A DNA stretch of 53,707 nucleotides from a bacterium. Its GTDB lineage: Bacteria > Patescibacteriota > Microgenomatia > CAZETR01 > Amesbacteraceae. Below the pieces are notes generated by a model, which searched no databases, was not told the DNA's origin, and was given only the letters and a program-made list of their open reading frames with translations. Below are positions 36,881 through 46,780 of the stretch, one piece after another; positions within the stretch are counted from its first letter, which is position 1, and the number at the start of each line of letters is the position of its first letter. The stretch spans positions 1 through 53,707 of the forward strand of contig JAUSIY010000044.1 of the NCBI GenBank assembly GCA_030647735.1, given 5' to 3'. The position numbers and the translations under genes are program-made.

Positions 36881-37531
36881 TTACAGATCTGCCAAAACAT
36901 TTTCTATTTTCTTCGCCTCTCCCGCCGCTTGTCTCTGTTTACCTTTCTCTTCTCCCACCTTCTGTCTGGCCGTCATTATCCCCTTTATTTGCTGTCGGGT
37001 TTTTTCATTACCAATCACATCAAGCTTACTCGCTCCCGCGGACACAGACCATGGATTACCATTTTGTCCCGTAAACTCAAACCGAACTCCCAGCCAGCCA
37101 TAATTACCCTGCCCATCCGCTTTTTCGTCCTTGGCGCGGCTGGCTAGTTTTACTGCCTCGTCTGCAGGAAGCCCCACCAAAGCAAAGTTTCCATAATCAC
37201 TCATAGTTAACCGGAAAAAACCTTCTTGAGTGAAATACAACACCCCATCCAACCCATTACCCTCCGCCTGACCATTTGACAAACCAGTATCAACGACCAA
37301 GACTTGCCTACCAGAACTGTCTAAAATCTTTTTTTCAAATGCTTCTGGATATTTTTCCTGGTATTTAGCCATGATAGCCAAATTCTCTCTTTCCGCCGTA
37401 GTTAAGTTTGTCTCGGCTTGTCTTCTCAATTCTAGTTCTCTATCTCTGGCTGGCCTCTCAAGATTGGCAATTTCGTGAGCCGTTTTCTTGTCTTTAATCT
37501 GTCCAAATTCGTTGTATAACGTATCTTCCAT
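36881..37531 (-). CDS. hypothetical protein (216 aa)
   Basis: Intact ORF with charged helical N- and C-termini flanking a Gly-rich core. No family recognised. Confidence 0.5.
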   Translation of the reverse strand: MEDTLYNEFGQIKDKKTAHEIANLERPARDRELELRRQAETNLTTAERENLAIMAKYQEKYPEAFEKKILDSSGRQVLVVDTGLSNGQAEGNGLDGVLYFTQEGFFRLTMSDYGNFALVGLPADEAVKLASRAKDEKADGQGNYGWLGVRFEFTGQNGNPWSVSAGASKLDVIGNEKTRQQIKGIMTARQKVGEEKGKQRQAAGEAKKIENVLADL

Positions 37532-37568
37532 TTAAATCAAGTTAATCTTTCCCCTCGTAAAAGTCAAG

Positions 37569-37766
37569 CTACTTCCACAAGCCAAATAGTCCTCCGACTG
37601 ATAAGAGAATCCCTAAAGCCAACCAACCCAAGACAAAGATGATAATCCCGTTTAAGATCCAGTCTAAAACTTTTTCTTCACCTGGACCCAAGTCACCTCC
37701 CAGTAGATTGTCTTTGGAAGACTCGTGTTTGGCTGGTTTGATAGAGCGGGCTTTCTTGGCGGCCAT
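37569..37766 (-). CDS. hypothetical small membrane protein (65 aa)
   Basis: Basic N-terminus followed by a long hydrophobic segment. TATGAT lies 6 nt upstream of the ATG. Confidence 0.45.
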   Translation of the reverse strand: MAAKKARSIKPAKHESSKDNLLGGDLGPGEEKVLDWILNGIIIFVLGWLALGILLSVGGLFGLWK

Positions 37767-37806
37767 ACAGCAATCATAGTCACCAATTGGTTATAATTCA
37801 AGACAG

Positions 37807-40053
37807 ATGCTAAATCCTGTTGATATATTAAAAGAAAAGGTGGTCGCTAGACTAGCTGCCAAACCTGCTCCCAAGGGAATCAAAATTGACTGGAAGAAAA
37901 GAAACACCTGGATTGTGGTGGCCGTAGTAGTCAGCTTTTCCGGACTGCTGATATATTTGTTTTGGGATTTACCCAACCCTTTGCAATTGTCTACTCATCC
38001 CGCCCCCTCTTCTACTAAACTTCTAGACAGAAATGGCAAACAGATATACGAGATCTTCATTGACCAGCGGCGAACTCCGATTAAATTAAAAGAAATTCCC
38101 AAATATGCTTGGCAAGCAACCATCGCCAGCGAAGACCGCGACTTTTATAAACACACCGGATTTTCAATTCGCGGAATCTCCCGGGCCGTTATCAACACTT
38201 TCTTTAAGCGTAACCTCCAAGGTGGGTCAACCATCACCCAACAATTGGTTAAAAATGCCCTGCTCACCCCCGACCGGACTATCAGAAGAAAGATCAGGGA
38301 ATTCGCTCTGAGCCTAGCGGTGGAGATGATATATCCCAAAGATCAAATTCTGGAATTTTACCTCAATCAAGTTCCCTACGGCGGCACTGCTTACGGACTG
38401 GAATCTGCTGCTCAAACGTATTTCGGAGTTTCGGCAGCCAATCTTACCTTGGCTCAAGCCGCTTTACTGGCCGGGTTACCCCAAGCCCCCAGCCGGTATT
38501 CCCCGTTTGGCTCCGAGCCGGACCTGGCCAAACAAAGGCAGAAATATGTATTGGACCAAATGTTGGAAACTAAATACATCACCCAAGCAGACCACGACCA
38601 GGCCCTAGCTGAAGAGTTCAGCTACGCTTCTCCCGGATTACTTAAAGCTCCTCATTTTTCTTTATGGGTGAAAGACTATTTAATTGAAAAGTACGGTCAG
38701 AAAAAAATAACCGAAGAAGGACTGGTAGTCACAACAACCCTGGATTTGGACTTACAGGAATTTGCCCAAGATGTAGTGGCTACTGAAACAGCAAAGCTTA
38801 AAAGCGCCCGGGTCGGCAATGGGGCTGCTCTGGTTACCAACCCCAAAACCGGCCAGATTTTAGCCATGGTGGGATCTCGCGATTATTTTGACGTGGCCCA
38901 CGATGGCAACGTCAATGTCACTTTAGCTCACCGCCAACCCGGCTCAGCCATTAAGCCCATCAACTATGCTACGGCCATTGAGCGGCGTTTGATTACTGCC
39001 TCAACACTCTTGGCCGACAAGCCCACCTGTTTCGCCCAGTCCGGTCAAGAACTGTATTGCCCAGTCAATTATGACGGCTTATTCCACGGCCCCGTCCAGG
39101 CCAGATTTGCTCTGGGCAATTCATTTAATATTCCAGCCGTCAAGGTCTTGGTTACTAACGGTTTGGAAGACTTTGTAGCCTCTGCATCGGCTTTTGGAAT
39201 TACAACTTTCACTAATCCTAAAGATTACGGCCCTTCCCTTACATTGGGCGGAGGAGAAGTAACTATGCTGGACATGGCTACAGCGTTTGGAGTTCTCTCT
39301 AACTCCGGTCAGAGAGTAGATTTAAATCCCATTCTTAAAGTAGTGGACAGAAACGGCGAGACTTTGGAAGAGGCTCCTGTTTTACCTTCCAACATCCGGG
39401 TTATTTCAGCTGGAACGGCATATATTGTGTCTCATCTTCTATTAGATAACGGAGCCCGGACGGCCGCGTTTGGACCCAGTTCATATTTAGTAGTTAAAGG
39501 TCATCCGGAAATATCAGTTAAAACCGGCACCACTAATGACAAACGTGATAACTGGACCATCGGCTACAACCCCGATGTGTTAGTCGTGGTGTGGGTAGGC
39601 AATAACGACAATACTCCCATGTCAGCAGTCGCCAGCGGGGTTACTGGCGCTTCGCCCATCTGGAACAAAATTATTGGCCACTTCTTAACCGACAGCAAAC
39701 CGCATTGGCCGGTGCAACCTCCGGAAGTGGTCGGGTCACTAGTGTGTTCTCTGTCAGGACTTCGGCCCCCAGATCCACTTCCCGCCGACTGCGCTCCCCG
39801 TTACGAATATTTCTTAAGAGGGACAATTCCCCATGTTCAGGGAGATCTACGCCGGGATATTCCTATCTTCAGGCCCACTCAAGCTCCAGCTACTGCTAAG
39901 CAGGCAGCAGATAGTCCCGGAGATATTGAGATGCAAAATCACTCAGTGTTCTTTGATCCTACTGGATCAATGATTTGTCTGGACTGTGCCGGAGGATACG
40001 GAGACGCCAATACAATTCGTTTGGACGGATCCGGCCAGGCCATTAAGAATTAA
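37807..40053 (+). CDS. class A penicillin-binding protein (PBP1A family; transglycosylase plus transpeptidase), copy 1
   Basis: GT51 motifs ASEDRDFYKHTGFSIRG and GGSTITQQLVKN. Transpeptidase motifs SAIKP (SxxK), SFN (SxN) and KTGTT. Confidence 0.9.
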   Translation: MLNPVDILKEKVVARLAAKPAPKGIKIDWKKRNTWIVVAVVVSFSGLLIYLFWDLPNPLQLSTHPAPSSTKLLDRNGKQIYEIFIDQRRTPIKLKEIPKYAWQATIASEDRDFYKHTGFSIRGISRAVINTFFKRNLQGGSTITQQLVKNALLTPDRTIRRKIREFALSLAVEMIYPKDQILEFYLNQVPYGGTAYGLESAAQTYFGVSAANLTLAQAALLAGLPQAPSRYSPFGSEPDLAKQRQKYVLDQMLETKYITQADHDQALAEEFSYASPGLLKAPHFSLWVKDYLIEKYGQKKITEEGLVVTTTLDLDLQEFAQDVVATETAKLKSARVGNGAALVTNPKTGQILAMVGSRDYFDVAHDGNVNVTLAHRQPGSAIKPINYATAIERRLITASTLLADKPTCFAQSGQELYCPVNYDGLFHGPVQARFALGNSFNIPAVKVLVTNGLEDFVASASAFGITTFTNPKDYGPSLTLGGGEVTMLDMATAFGVLSNSGQRVDLNPILKVVDRNGETLEEAPVLPSNIRVISAGTAYIVSHLLLDNGARTAAFGPSSYLVVKGHPEISVKTGTTNDKRDNWTIGYNPDVLVVVWVGNNDNTPMSAVASGVTGASPIWNKIIGHFLTDSKPHWPVQPPEVVGSLVCSLSGLRPPDPLPADCAPRYEYFLRGTIPHVQGDLRRDIPIFRPTQAPATAKQAADSPGDIEMQNHSVFFDPTGSMICLDCAGGYGDANTIRLDGSGQAIKN

Positions 40054-40124
40054 CGTCTCCTCTCTTCCAATTTCAACCCTCGGTAAATATAATCCAGGCC
40101 AAGTCCTGCTCTTTCAAATTCATT

Positions 40125-42467
40125 ATGAGACTTTTTAGATCGTTACTGACCAATATTGGTAAACCCCTTTACCTCCTGCTGCAATATTTGTTCATGCCCC
40201 TGCGCCCCCGGAAACGAATTAAAGTTAGACCTACTCCCCTTCCGGTAGTTATCTATCATTCCTCTTCAGGACAATTAAAAAACTTTTTGAAAAGAATTTA
40301 TCCCGCTGTCCATTTACTAGCCCGGATTCACCCTCCCCGCCTGCCTTTCTTTCGCTTCAAAGTTTATTGGCGACTAGGTCAGATGTTGTTACTACTGTGC
40401 ATGGGAGTAGGTATCTACTTCTATATCTTTAAAGACCTGCCTCCAATTAGTACTTTAACTACCCAAGCGCCACCGTTAACAACTCATATTCGGGACCGCA
40501 ACGGCGTAGAGTTGTACAAGATTTACCACGACCAAAACCGCACCCTGGTTCCCTTGGAGAAAATCCCCCTCTCCCTGCGGCAGGCCACCATTGCTATCGA
40601 AGACGCCGAATTTTACCAACACTCCGGTTTCTCGGTGCGGGGAATAATGCGGGCTATATCCCGCAATCTCGAAGCGGGTGAAACTGTCGAAGGCGGTTCT
40701 ACCATAACTCAACAGTTAGTCAAAACAGCTCTCTTAACTCCCGAGCAATCTTTCAGAAGAAAGCTCAGAGAATTAATTTTAGCGGTAGCTGTAGAGATTA
40801 GGTATTCTAAGGACGATATTTTAGAAACATATCTCAATCGGGTAGGTTTTGGCGGAGCTGCTTACGGAGTCGAGGAAGCGGCCCAAACATATTTTGATAA
40901 ATCAGTAGGCAATCTGACCTTAGCTGAATCAGCCCTCTTGGCCGGACTACCGGCCAGTCCAACTACATATTCTCCTTTCGGAGCTCACCCTGAACTGGCT
41001 AAAGAACGGCAAAAAGAAGTTCTCCGACGAATGGTTTCGGAAGGGTATATCAGTTGGGATCAGGCCGAAACGGCAAGTTCCGAGGAACTCCATTTCATTC
41101 CCCAAGCGACAAATATCTTAGCTCCGCATTTCGTCATGTATATCAAAGACTTACTGGCCAAGAAATACGGCACCACAGTAGTTGAACAGGGGGGTCTGGA
41201 TGTTATTACCACCTTAGACTTAGCTACCCAACAGATTGCCCAAACCACAGTCACTACTCAGATTGCCAAAGTAAAGTATTTAAATATTACCAACGGCGCA
41301 GCTCTAGTAACCAATCCCCAAACCGGAGAAATTCTGGCTATGGTCGGCAGCCAGAATTATTTTGATATTTCCCATGACGGCAATGTCAACGTTACTTTAC
41401 GGCCCCGCCAGCCCGGTTCATCTATTAAGCCAATTAACTACGCTCTGGCCTTTGGTCGAGGTTTCACCCCCGCTTCCACTATTGACGACTCTCCCATCAC
41501 GTATAAATCCACCGGCCAGCCAAATTACTCCCCGGTTAACTACGATGGCAAATACCATGGTCGAGTCACTTTACGCACTGCCCTGGCATCTTCTTACAAT
41601 ATTCCGGCTGTCAAACTATTGGCGGCCAACGGCGTAGACCAGATGATCGCTCTGGGCCAAAAAATGGGCATTACTACCTGGAGTGACACCAGACGGTTTG
41701 GCTTATCGTTAACTCTGGGGGGAGGCGAAGTGACTATGGCGGATTTGGCTGTGGCTTATGGAACATTCGCCAACGCCGGTCTGAAAGTTCCTTTGCAACC
41801 CATATTAGAAGTGCGTGATGCTTCCGGACGCCCTCTGGAAAAGTTTCGTTGCCCTAATGATGAGGTGAATATTGTTCCCCTTGTTCAAGCGGGCGGGGTG
41901 GAGGCGGCTACTGAAATAACTACCTGCGAATCAGACAAAGTCCTAGATCCCAGAATTGCTTTTATGATTTCAGATGTCCTTTCAGACAATACCGCCCGCA
42001 CGCCAGCTTTTGGCCCTAGTTCTGACCTTAACCTACCCAAGGTAGCCGTTAAAACGGGTACTACTAATAACCTGCGGGATAATTGGACCATCGGCTATTC
42101 TCCCGACCGCCTGGTTGCCGTGTGGGTAGGTAACAATAACAATTCGCCTATGAGTTATGTGGCCAGCGGAGTCACTGGGGCTTCTCCCATCTGGCGCCAA
42201 ATTATGAACGAGCTGGTTAAATCTTCCCCCTCAGTTGGTTTTTCTCCCCCGGCAAACTTAGTCCAAGTCAGTATCTGCACCGTTACCGGAGATCTCGCCT
42301 GTGCCAGTTGTCCTAGTAAAATAGAGTATTTCCTCCCCGGAACCGAACCCAAAAAGGCCTGCAATGATGAGAGTATGGCCAAGTACCGAGAAGAAAAAAC
42401 AAAAAAAGACCAGGAGCAGGAACGGTCTCTGCGTGAGAAAATACTAGAAGGTATTTCTACTCCATGA
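40125..42467 (+). CDS. class A penicillin-binding protein (PBP1A family), copy 2
   Basis: GT51 motifs AIEDAEFYQHSGFSVRG and GGSTITQQLVKT. Transpeptidase motifs SSIKP, SYN and KTGTT. It is collinear with copy 1. Confidence 0.9.
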   Translation: MRLFRSLLTNIGKPLYLLLQYLFMPLRPRKRIKVRPTPLPVVIYHSSSGQLKNFLKRIYPAVHLLARIHPPRLPFFRFKVYWRLGQMLLLLCMGVGIYFYIFKDLPPISTLTTQAPPLTTHIRDRNGVELYKIYHDQNRTLVPLEKIPLSLRQATIAIEDAEFYQHSGFSVRGIMRAISRNLEAGETVEGGSTITQQLVKTALLTPEQSFRRKLRELILAVAVEIRYSKDDILETYLNRVGFGGAAYGVEEAAQTYFDKSVGNLTLAESALLAGLPASPTTYSPFGAHPELAKERQKEVLRRMVSEGYISWDQAETASSEELHFIPQATNILAPHFVMYIKDLLAKKYGTTVVEQGGLDVITTLDLATQQIAQTTVTTQIAKVKYLNITNGAALVTNPQTGEILAMVGSQNYFDISHDGNVNVTLRPRQPGSSIKPINYALAFGRGFTPASTIDDSPITYKSTGQPNYSPVNYDGKYHGRVTLRTALASSYNIPAVKLLAANGVDQMIALGQKMGITTWSDTRRFGLSLTLGGGEVTMADLAVAYGTFANAGLKVPLQPILEVRDASGRPLEKFRCPNDEVNIVPLVQAGGVEAATEITTCESDKVLDPRIAFMISDVLSDNTARTPAFGPSSDLNLPKVAVKTGTTNNLRDNWTIGYSPDRLVAVWVGNNNNSPMSYVASGVTGASPIWRQIMNELVKSSPSVGFSPPANLVQVSICTVTGDLACASCPSKIEYFLPGTEPKKACNDESMAKYREEKTKKDQEQERSLREKILEGISTP

Positions 42468-42707
42468 CCGAATTCGATCTGGTCATCAACCAGCTGGCCA
42501 TTTGACTAAGCGGGCAGATACATTCAACCGCTATGAACATCCCCGACTGGTAAACTTTCTCAAAAAAAATTCCCCCGTGTTTCCAGCCGGGCAACCGTGT
42601 TAGATACTTTTACATTCAAAACAGGTAAGATTATGGCCAGTAGATCATGACCAACTTTAAAAATACTCTGATCTTAATTGCTCTTCTGTCTGCTTTAGTG
42701 GCCGCCG

Positions 42708-43604
42708 TTATTGGTTTGCGCTTTCTGCTGACCAAATAACCCTGACCAGTTGCGGAACAACTTCCTTCGCAGCAGCCAGATCAACCTGATCGTTTAGGAT
42801 TGAAATGACCAGAGGTTTAGCCCCCATCACAATCCCCGAATCCGCCCAAATATTTATGTCGGTGCCCACCTTGTGAACTACCTGTATCTCATCAGGAACT
42901 CCGGCCGGGATCCGTTCCTCAAAAATGCTGTCTGTCAGAAACTGCTGCATTTGCCGCCAATGTTCGCTAGTAATTAAATTGCCTGCATAAAGAGTTTTCC
43001 ACAGCTGGGCTAGGTCATATGCAGTAGTAGTGTTTTGATCGAAATCTGACTGATGCATACCTAAGTCTTTCAGCGTCTGCTGTATATACGGCCGACCAAT
43101 CATTTTAGTTAGAGTAACCGGGGCCTCGTTATCTGACCGCTTACCTATCGCTTCCAAAAGAGGTTCTACATCGGCTAACTGGATCTTCCCGGCTTCTATC
43201 TGCCGATAGGTTGCTACCATAATAGGCACTTTCATTATTGAGGCAGCCGGTAATACTTTGTCTGCGGAGATCCCGTAGCCTAATTTATCTGACAAACGAT
43301 ATACATATATTCCGTATTTACCTGAGGTGCTGTCTAATAGTTTCTGCAGAGCAGAAATAGTCTCGCTGCTCATAGGGGGCGGAGATTTAGGAGCTACTGT
43401 GTAGGTTATTTTAACTGGCCCCCAGAAACCTCCTCCTTCCCCCTTATCCGCATTTGCTGCGTCAGAATGATTAGCCGGAATCTGCCACCTGCCCCAGGCC
43501 CAACTGCCCAGACTGACCAAACCAGTTAAGATGAATCCCCAGGCAATTAGTTTGCGATTCACTACTGGTTTTTTTAAGTTTAGGGGGCGCACGAAGCTGG
43601 GCAT
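42708..43604 (-). CDS. class A beta-lactamase-like serine hydrolase, membrane anchored
   Basis: SxxK (ASIMKVP), SDN (KRSDNEA) and a KTG-like HKVGTD motif, following an N-terminal TM helix. Confidence 0.65.
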   Translation of the reverse strand: MPSFVRPLNLKKPVVNRKLIAWGFILTGLVSLGSWAWGRWQIPANHSDAANADKGEGGGFWGPVKITYTVAPKSPPPMSSETISALQKLLDSTSGKYGIYVYRLSDKLGYGISADKVLPAASIMKVPIMVATYRQIEAGKIQLADVEPLLEAIGKRSDNEAPVTLTKMIGRPYIQQTLKDLGMHQSDFDQNTTTAYDLAQLWKTLYAGNLITSEHWRQMQQFLTDSIFEERIPAGVPDEIQVVHKVGTDINIWADSGIVMGAKPLVISILNDQVDLAAAKEVVPQLVRVIWSAESANQ

Positions 43605-43611
43605 ACCGGGC

Positions 43612-44574
43612 TTACTGTAGCATGTTTGCTGGAGCTGTTCCAGCCAAGGCCGTGACCAAATTCCCGATGGCTATCTTTGTCATGTCCCGCCTGGCTGTAG
43701 TTGTGGCTGAGGCAATGTGCGGAGTCAAAATCACGTTTTCCATTTGTAATAGTTCAGCCTGGGGATGGGGTTCATTTTCCAATACATCTGCTCCATAGCC
43801 GGCTAACATGCCCGCCCGTAAAGCCTCGGCCACTTCCGCTTCATTCACTACCGGACCCCGGGCGGTGTTTACTAAAAAGGCTCCTTTTTTAAACAAGGGC
43901 AAGTTCTTGCCGTTAATTAAATGGGTGGTCTCGGGAGTCAGGGGAACATGCAATGTTATGTAGTCAGCTTGTTTTAATAAGTCTTCCAGATTGGCTTTGT
44001 ATTCAAACTCATTTCCTTCCATGGGTTTATGACTGTGATACATCACTTTCATTTCAAATCCCTGAGCCCGCTTGGCTACCATACTGCCGATTCGCCCCAT
44101 GCCCACGATGCCTAAGGTTTTGCCTTTCATATCACTACCCATAAATATCCCAGGCTCCCAACCGGTGTAAGCCGCATTATGCATAAATTCACTTGCCTCA
44201 TTCAGCCTGCGTGTCAGAGCCAACATTAAAGTCCAGGCCATTTCAGCCACACTTTCATTAACAGCATCTGAGGGAGCGTTGGTCACCCAGATATTTCGCT
44301 CTTTGCAGGCAGCGACATCGATGTTGTCAAAACCTACTGCGTAGTTAGCAATAATTTTAAGCTGCTTATTAGTATCACCGGCCAAAATATCGGCCGTGAT
44401 TTTGTCAGTTAACAAAGTCAGCAACCCATCATAACCTTTGGCCAGTTCTGCTTTCATCTCGGCAGCGGAGATGGCGGAGTTTTCTGTGCGCACTACCAAC
44501 TCGTGGCCGGCATCAACTAAGGGTTTGATTTCTGCGTCCCAAAAGGGGATTTTGCGAGTGACAAAAATCTTCAT
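43612..44574 (-). CDS. D-isomer-specific 2-hydroxyacid dehydrogenase (glyoxylate/hydroxypyruvate reductase-like)
   Basis: NAD motif GIVGMGRIGSMVAKRA and catalytic-triad context NTARGPVV, LENEP and TPHIASAT. Confidence 0.85.
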   Translation of the reverse strand: MKIFVTRKIPFWDAEIKPLVDAGHELVVRTENSAISAAEMKAELAKGYDGLLTLLTDKITADILAGDTNKQLKIIANYAVGFDNIDVAACKERNIWVTNAPSDAVNESVAEMAWTLMLALTRRLNEASEFMHNAAYTGWEPGIFMGSDMKGKTLGIVGMGRIGSMVAKRAQGFEMKVMYHSHKPMEGNEFEYKANLEDLLKQADYITLHVPLTPETTHLINGKNLPLFKKGAFLVNTARGPVVNEAEVAEALRAGMLAGYGADVLENEPHPQAELLQMENVILTPHIASATTTARRDMTKIAIGNLVTALAGTAPANMLQ

Positions 44575-44798
44575 TGATTGGCTATGTTATAAACAGGAAA
44601 AATTAAGAGGACTGACAATATAGTATAAACCAAAATTAGAACAACCAGCCCGCCGACAAGAATCCCCGCCGTAGTCCACCAACTTTTTTTCTGCATCTGC
44701 TTACTCCAAATGAATCCCCCCACTAACCATATCCCTGTTAAAACAGGCAGTAATTTTGATACGTTGCTTAAATATCTAAGACTAGTTTCAGGATTCAT
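44571..44798 (-). CDS. hypothetical small membrane protein
   Basis: Three hydrophobic segments. The start is placed at ATG 44798, which forms an ATGA overlap with the pfkB-family stop. The ORF-track start is 44837. Confidence 0.4.
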   Translation of the reverse strand: MNPETSLRYLSNVSKLLPVLTGIWLVGGFIWSKQMQKKSWWTTAGILVGGLVVLILVYTILSVLLIFPVYNIANQ

Positions 44799-45775
44799 AA
44801 TTCCTTTACTGCAACATTTGCAGCCTTTTTCAGCCACTCTTCTATTTGCTGGGGATGTAGTAGTCCGGCTTGCGGACCAATAAAACCTAAAACCGAAGCG
44901 CTGTTAACCGTCCCCCATTTCAAACACTGATCAATGGGCTGGCCCTGAATGTAGGCGGCCAAAAAACCTGACCCAAAGGCATCACCAGCTCCGGTCCGCT
45001 CAACCACTGGAGCATCAATAATGGGCATAAACCAATACTTCTGCCCATCACTGCAGTATGTCCCGGCGGGACCATCAGTAATGACTGCCATCTTTGGTCC
45101 TAATCCCCGCAACCCATCCAATAGTTTTTTAATATCATCCAGCGGAAAGTCTAATAATTTGGCTGTTTCTTCTTTGTTCAAAAACACTACTTCGGTCTGC
45201 GAGAAAGCAAACTGCATGGCATCCTTGCCGGCTTTTAACTGCCGAGTGCCGGGATTAAACCCGATTTTGGCCTGATGAGCCACGGCCCAATCAACCGCTT
45301 GGTGATAAAAAGTTTCAAAATCAGCCCCCACTGTAGTCAGATAAATCCACTTAGCATCTAAGGATGGGTCTGCAGGAAACTCGTTAGTGGATTCAGGATA
45401 GTAAGACAGAATAGTCCGTTCACCCTGGTAGTTAATAACCACGCCAAAACCGAATTTTCCCGGTTCCACTTTAATATATTTTGTTTCCACTCCTTCACTT
45501 TTGAGAATTTCCAAGGCTTGTTTATCAGTCCACTCTCCCCCCATGGTTCCGGCCATGGCTACTTTTAGTCCCAACCGGGACAGACCCACTGCGTTATTAC
45601 CTGTGTTGCCACCAATGGCGAAAGTCATCCCCCGCACTGCAATCTTTTCTCCGAAACCCAGTTCAATCATGCACCGTTCCTTATCCACAGAACAAACCTG
45701 GTTAATTTCGTCTTCAGGGAGGGCGATGAACACATCCATTCTGGCCGGACCCAAACTTAACATGTCATATTTCAT
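44795..45775 (-). CDS. PfkB-family carbohydrate kinase
   Basis: GGNTGNNA N-terminal motif and the C-terminal ATP/anion-hole motif TGAGDAFGSGFLAAY. Confidence 0.85.
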   Translation of the reverse strand: MKYDMLSLGPARMDVFIALPEDEINQVCSVDKERCMIELGFGEKIAVRGMTFAIGGNTGNNAVGLSRLGLKVAMAGTMGGEWTDKQALEILKSEGVETKYIKVEPGKFGFGVVINYQGERTILSYYPESTNEFPADPSLDAKWIYLTTVGADFETFYHQAVDWAVAHQAKIGFNPGTRQLKAGKDAMQFAFSQTEVVFLNKEETAKLLDFPLDDIKKLLDGLRGLGPKMAVITDGPAGTYCSDGQKYWFMPIIDAPVVERTGAGDAFGSGFLAAYIQGQPIDQCLKWGTVNSASVLGFIGPQAGLLHPQQIEEWLKKAANVAVKEL

Positions 45776-46763
45776 GCTCTACCTCCGCAGTATATTTACC
45801 TAAGCTGGCTAGGCTATTGCACTTTGCCCGATGTAACAACATTTTTTGAGCTGCAACTATATTGGCTTCTTGACCTTGCCAGGTCTGCATAGCTGGTCCT
45901 TCTAAACCTCTTTCAAACGAAAAGCTCCACCGCCAAGGGGATCCTCCACCCAATTTGGCAATTTCATTTAGTCTTTGGGTGGCTGATCCGGCCTCTTGTC
46001 CCCCGGACAGAAACACTATTCCCGGAACCTTAGGGGGGACTATTTCTTGCATTACTTCGACTGTCTTCTGAGCTATTTCAGTCACAGTGGGTTGACTGGG
46101 ACAGTCTTTTCCGGCCAAAACCATGTTTGGTTTATAGAGCATCCCGGTCAGATCTATCTCGTGCTTGAGCAAAGATGCAAACATCTTTTTGCCGACTAAC
46201 CTGGTTACATCAGCACAACGCTCCAAAGGATGTGTCCCTTCCATCAGAACTTCGGGCTCAATAATTGGGACCAGTCCTGCCTTCTGAGATAACTTCGCGT
46301 AACGGGCTAAAGTCTCGCAGTTAGCTTCGACATTGGCGCTGGAAGGGGTCGCAGAACTAATAATAATAACAGCCCTCCATTTAGAAAATTTTGCCCCAGC
46401 TTGGGATGCGTCAGCTAATTTCTGATCTAACTTTTCTAATCCCTCGGTGATTTTTTCAATAGATCCCGAGGTCATTTCAACTGTGCCCTGGTCTACTTTG
46501 AGCCCAGCCTTTATCCCCTGCTGATTTAATACACTCACCAGGCTCATGGCCTCTTCATGCAAAATTACTCCCCCAATATATTGGCTTAGCCCCGGAGTGG
46601 AAATGGTCATAGTTCGGTACTTTAACCGCTGATCGACGGTCTCTAAACTCAAGTTTATTTCTGCTGCCCGTTTAGCTAGGGTTTTCGGACCAGCATCAGC
46701 CGCAAAAATTCCCCTACCATTAGCCACTAAATCTTTAGCTACTTGGGACAGGTTCGTGTCCAT
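45765..46763 (-). CDS. fba: class I fructose-bisphosphate aldolase
   Basis: GIFAADAGPKTLAKR, the Schiff-base lysine context MLYKPNMV, and VFLSGGQ. Confidence 0.85.
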   Translation of the reverse strand: MDTNLSQVAKDLVANGRGIFAADAGPKTLAKRAAEINLSLETVDQRLKYRTMTISTPGLSQYIGGVILHEEAMSLVSVLNQQGIKAGLKVDQGTVEMTSGSIEKITEGLEKLDQKLADASQAGAKFSKWRAVIIISSATPSSANVEANCETLARYAKLSQKAGLVPIIEPEVLMEGTHPLERCADVTRLVGKKMFASLLKHEIDLTGMLYKPNMVLAGKDCPSQPTVTEIAQKTVEVMQEIVPPKVPGIVFLSGGQEAGSATQRLNEIAKLGGGSPWRWSFSFERGLEGPAMQTWQGQEANIVAAQKMLLHRAKCNSLASLGKYTAEVEHEI

Positions 46764-46780
46764 CTCTTTAGTCTACCAAG

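Noticed and set aside
37791-37976. 61-aa minus-strand ORF overlapping the start of PBP copy 1.
   Set aside because: It is antisense to a well-supported gene and overlaps the divergent promoter region. It has no motif support.
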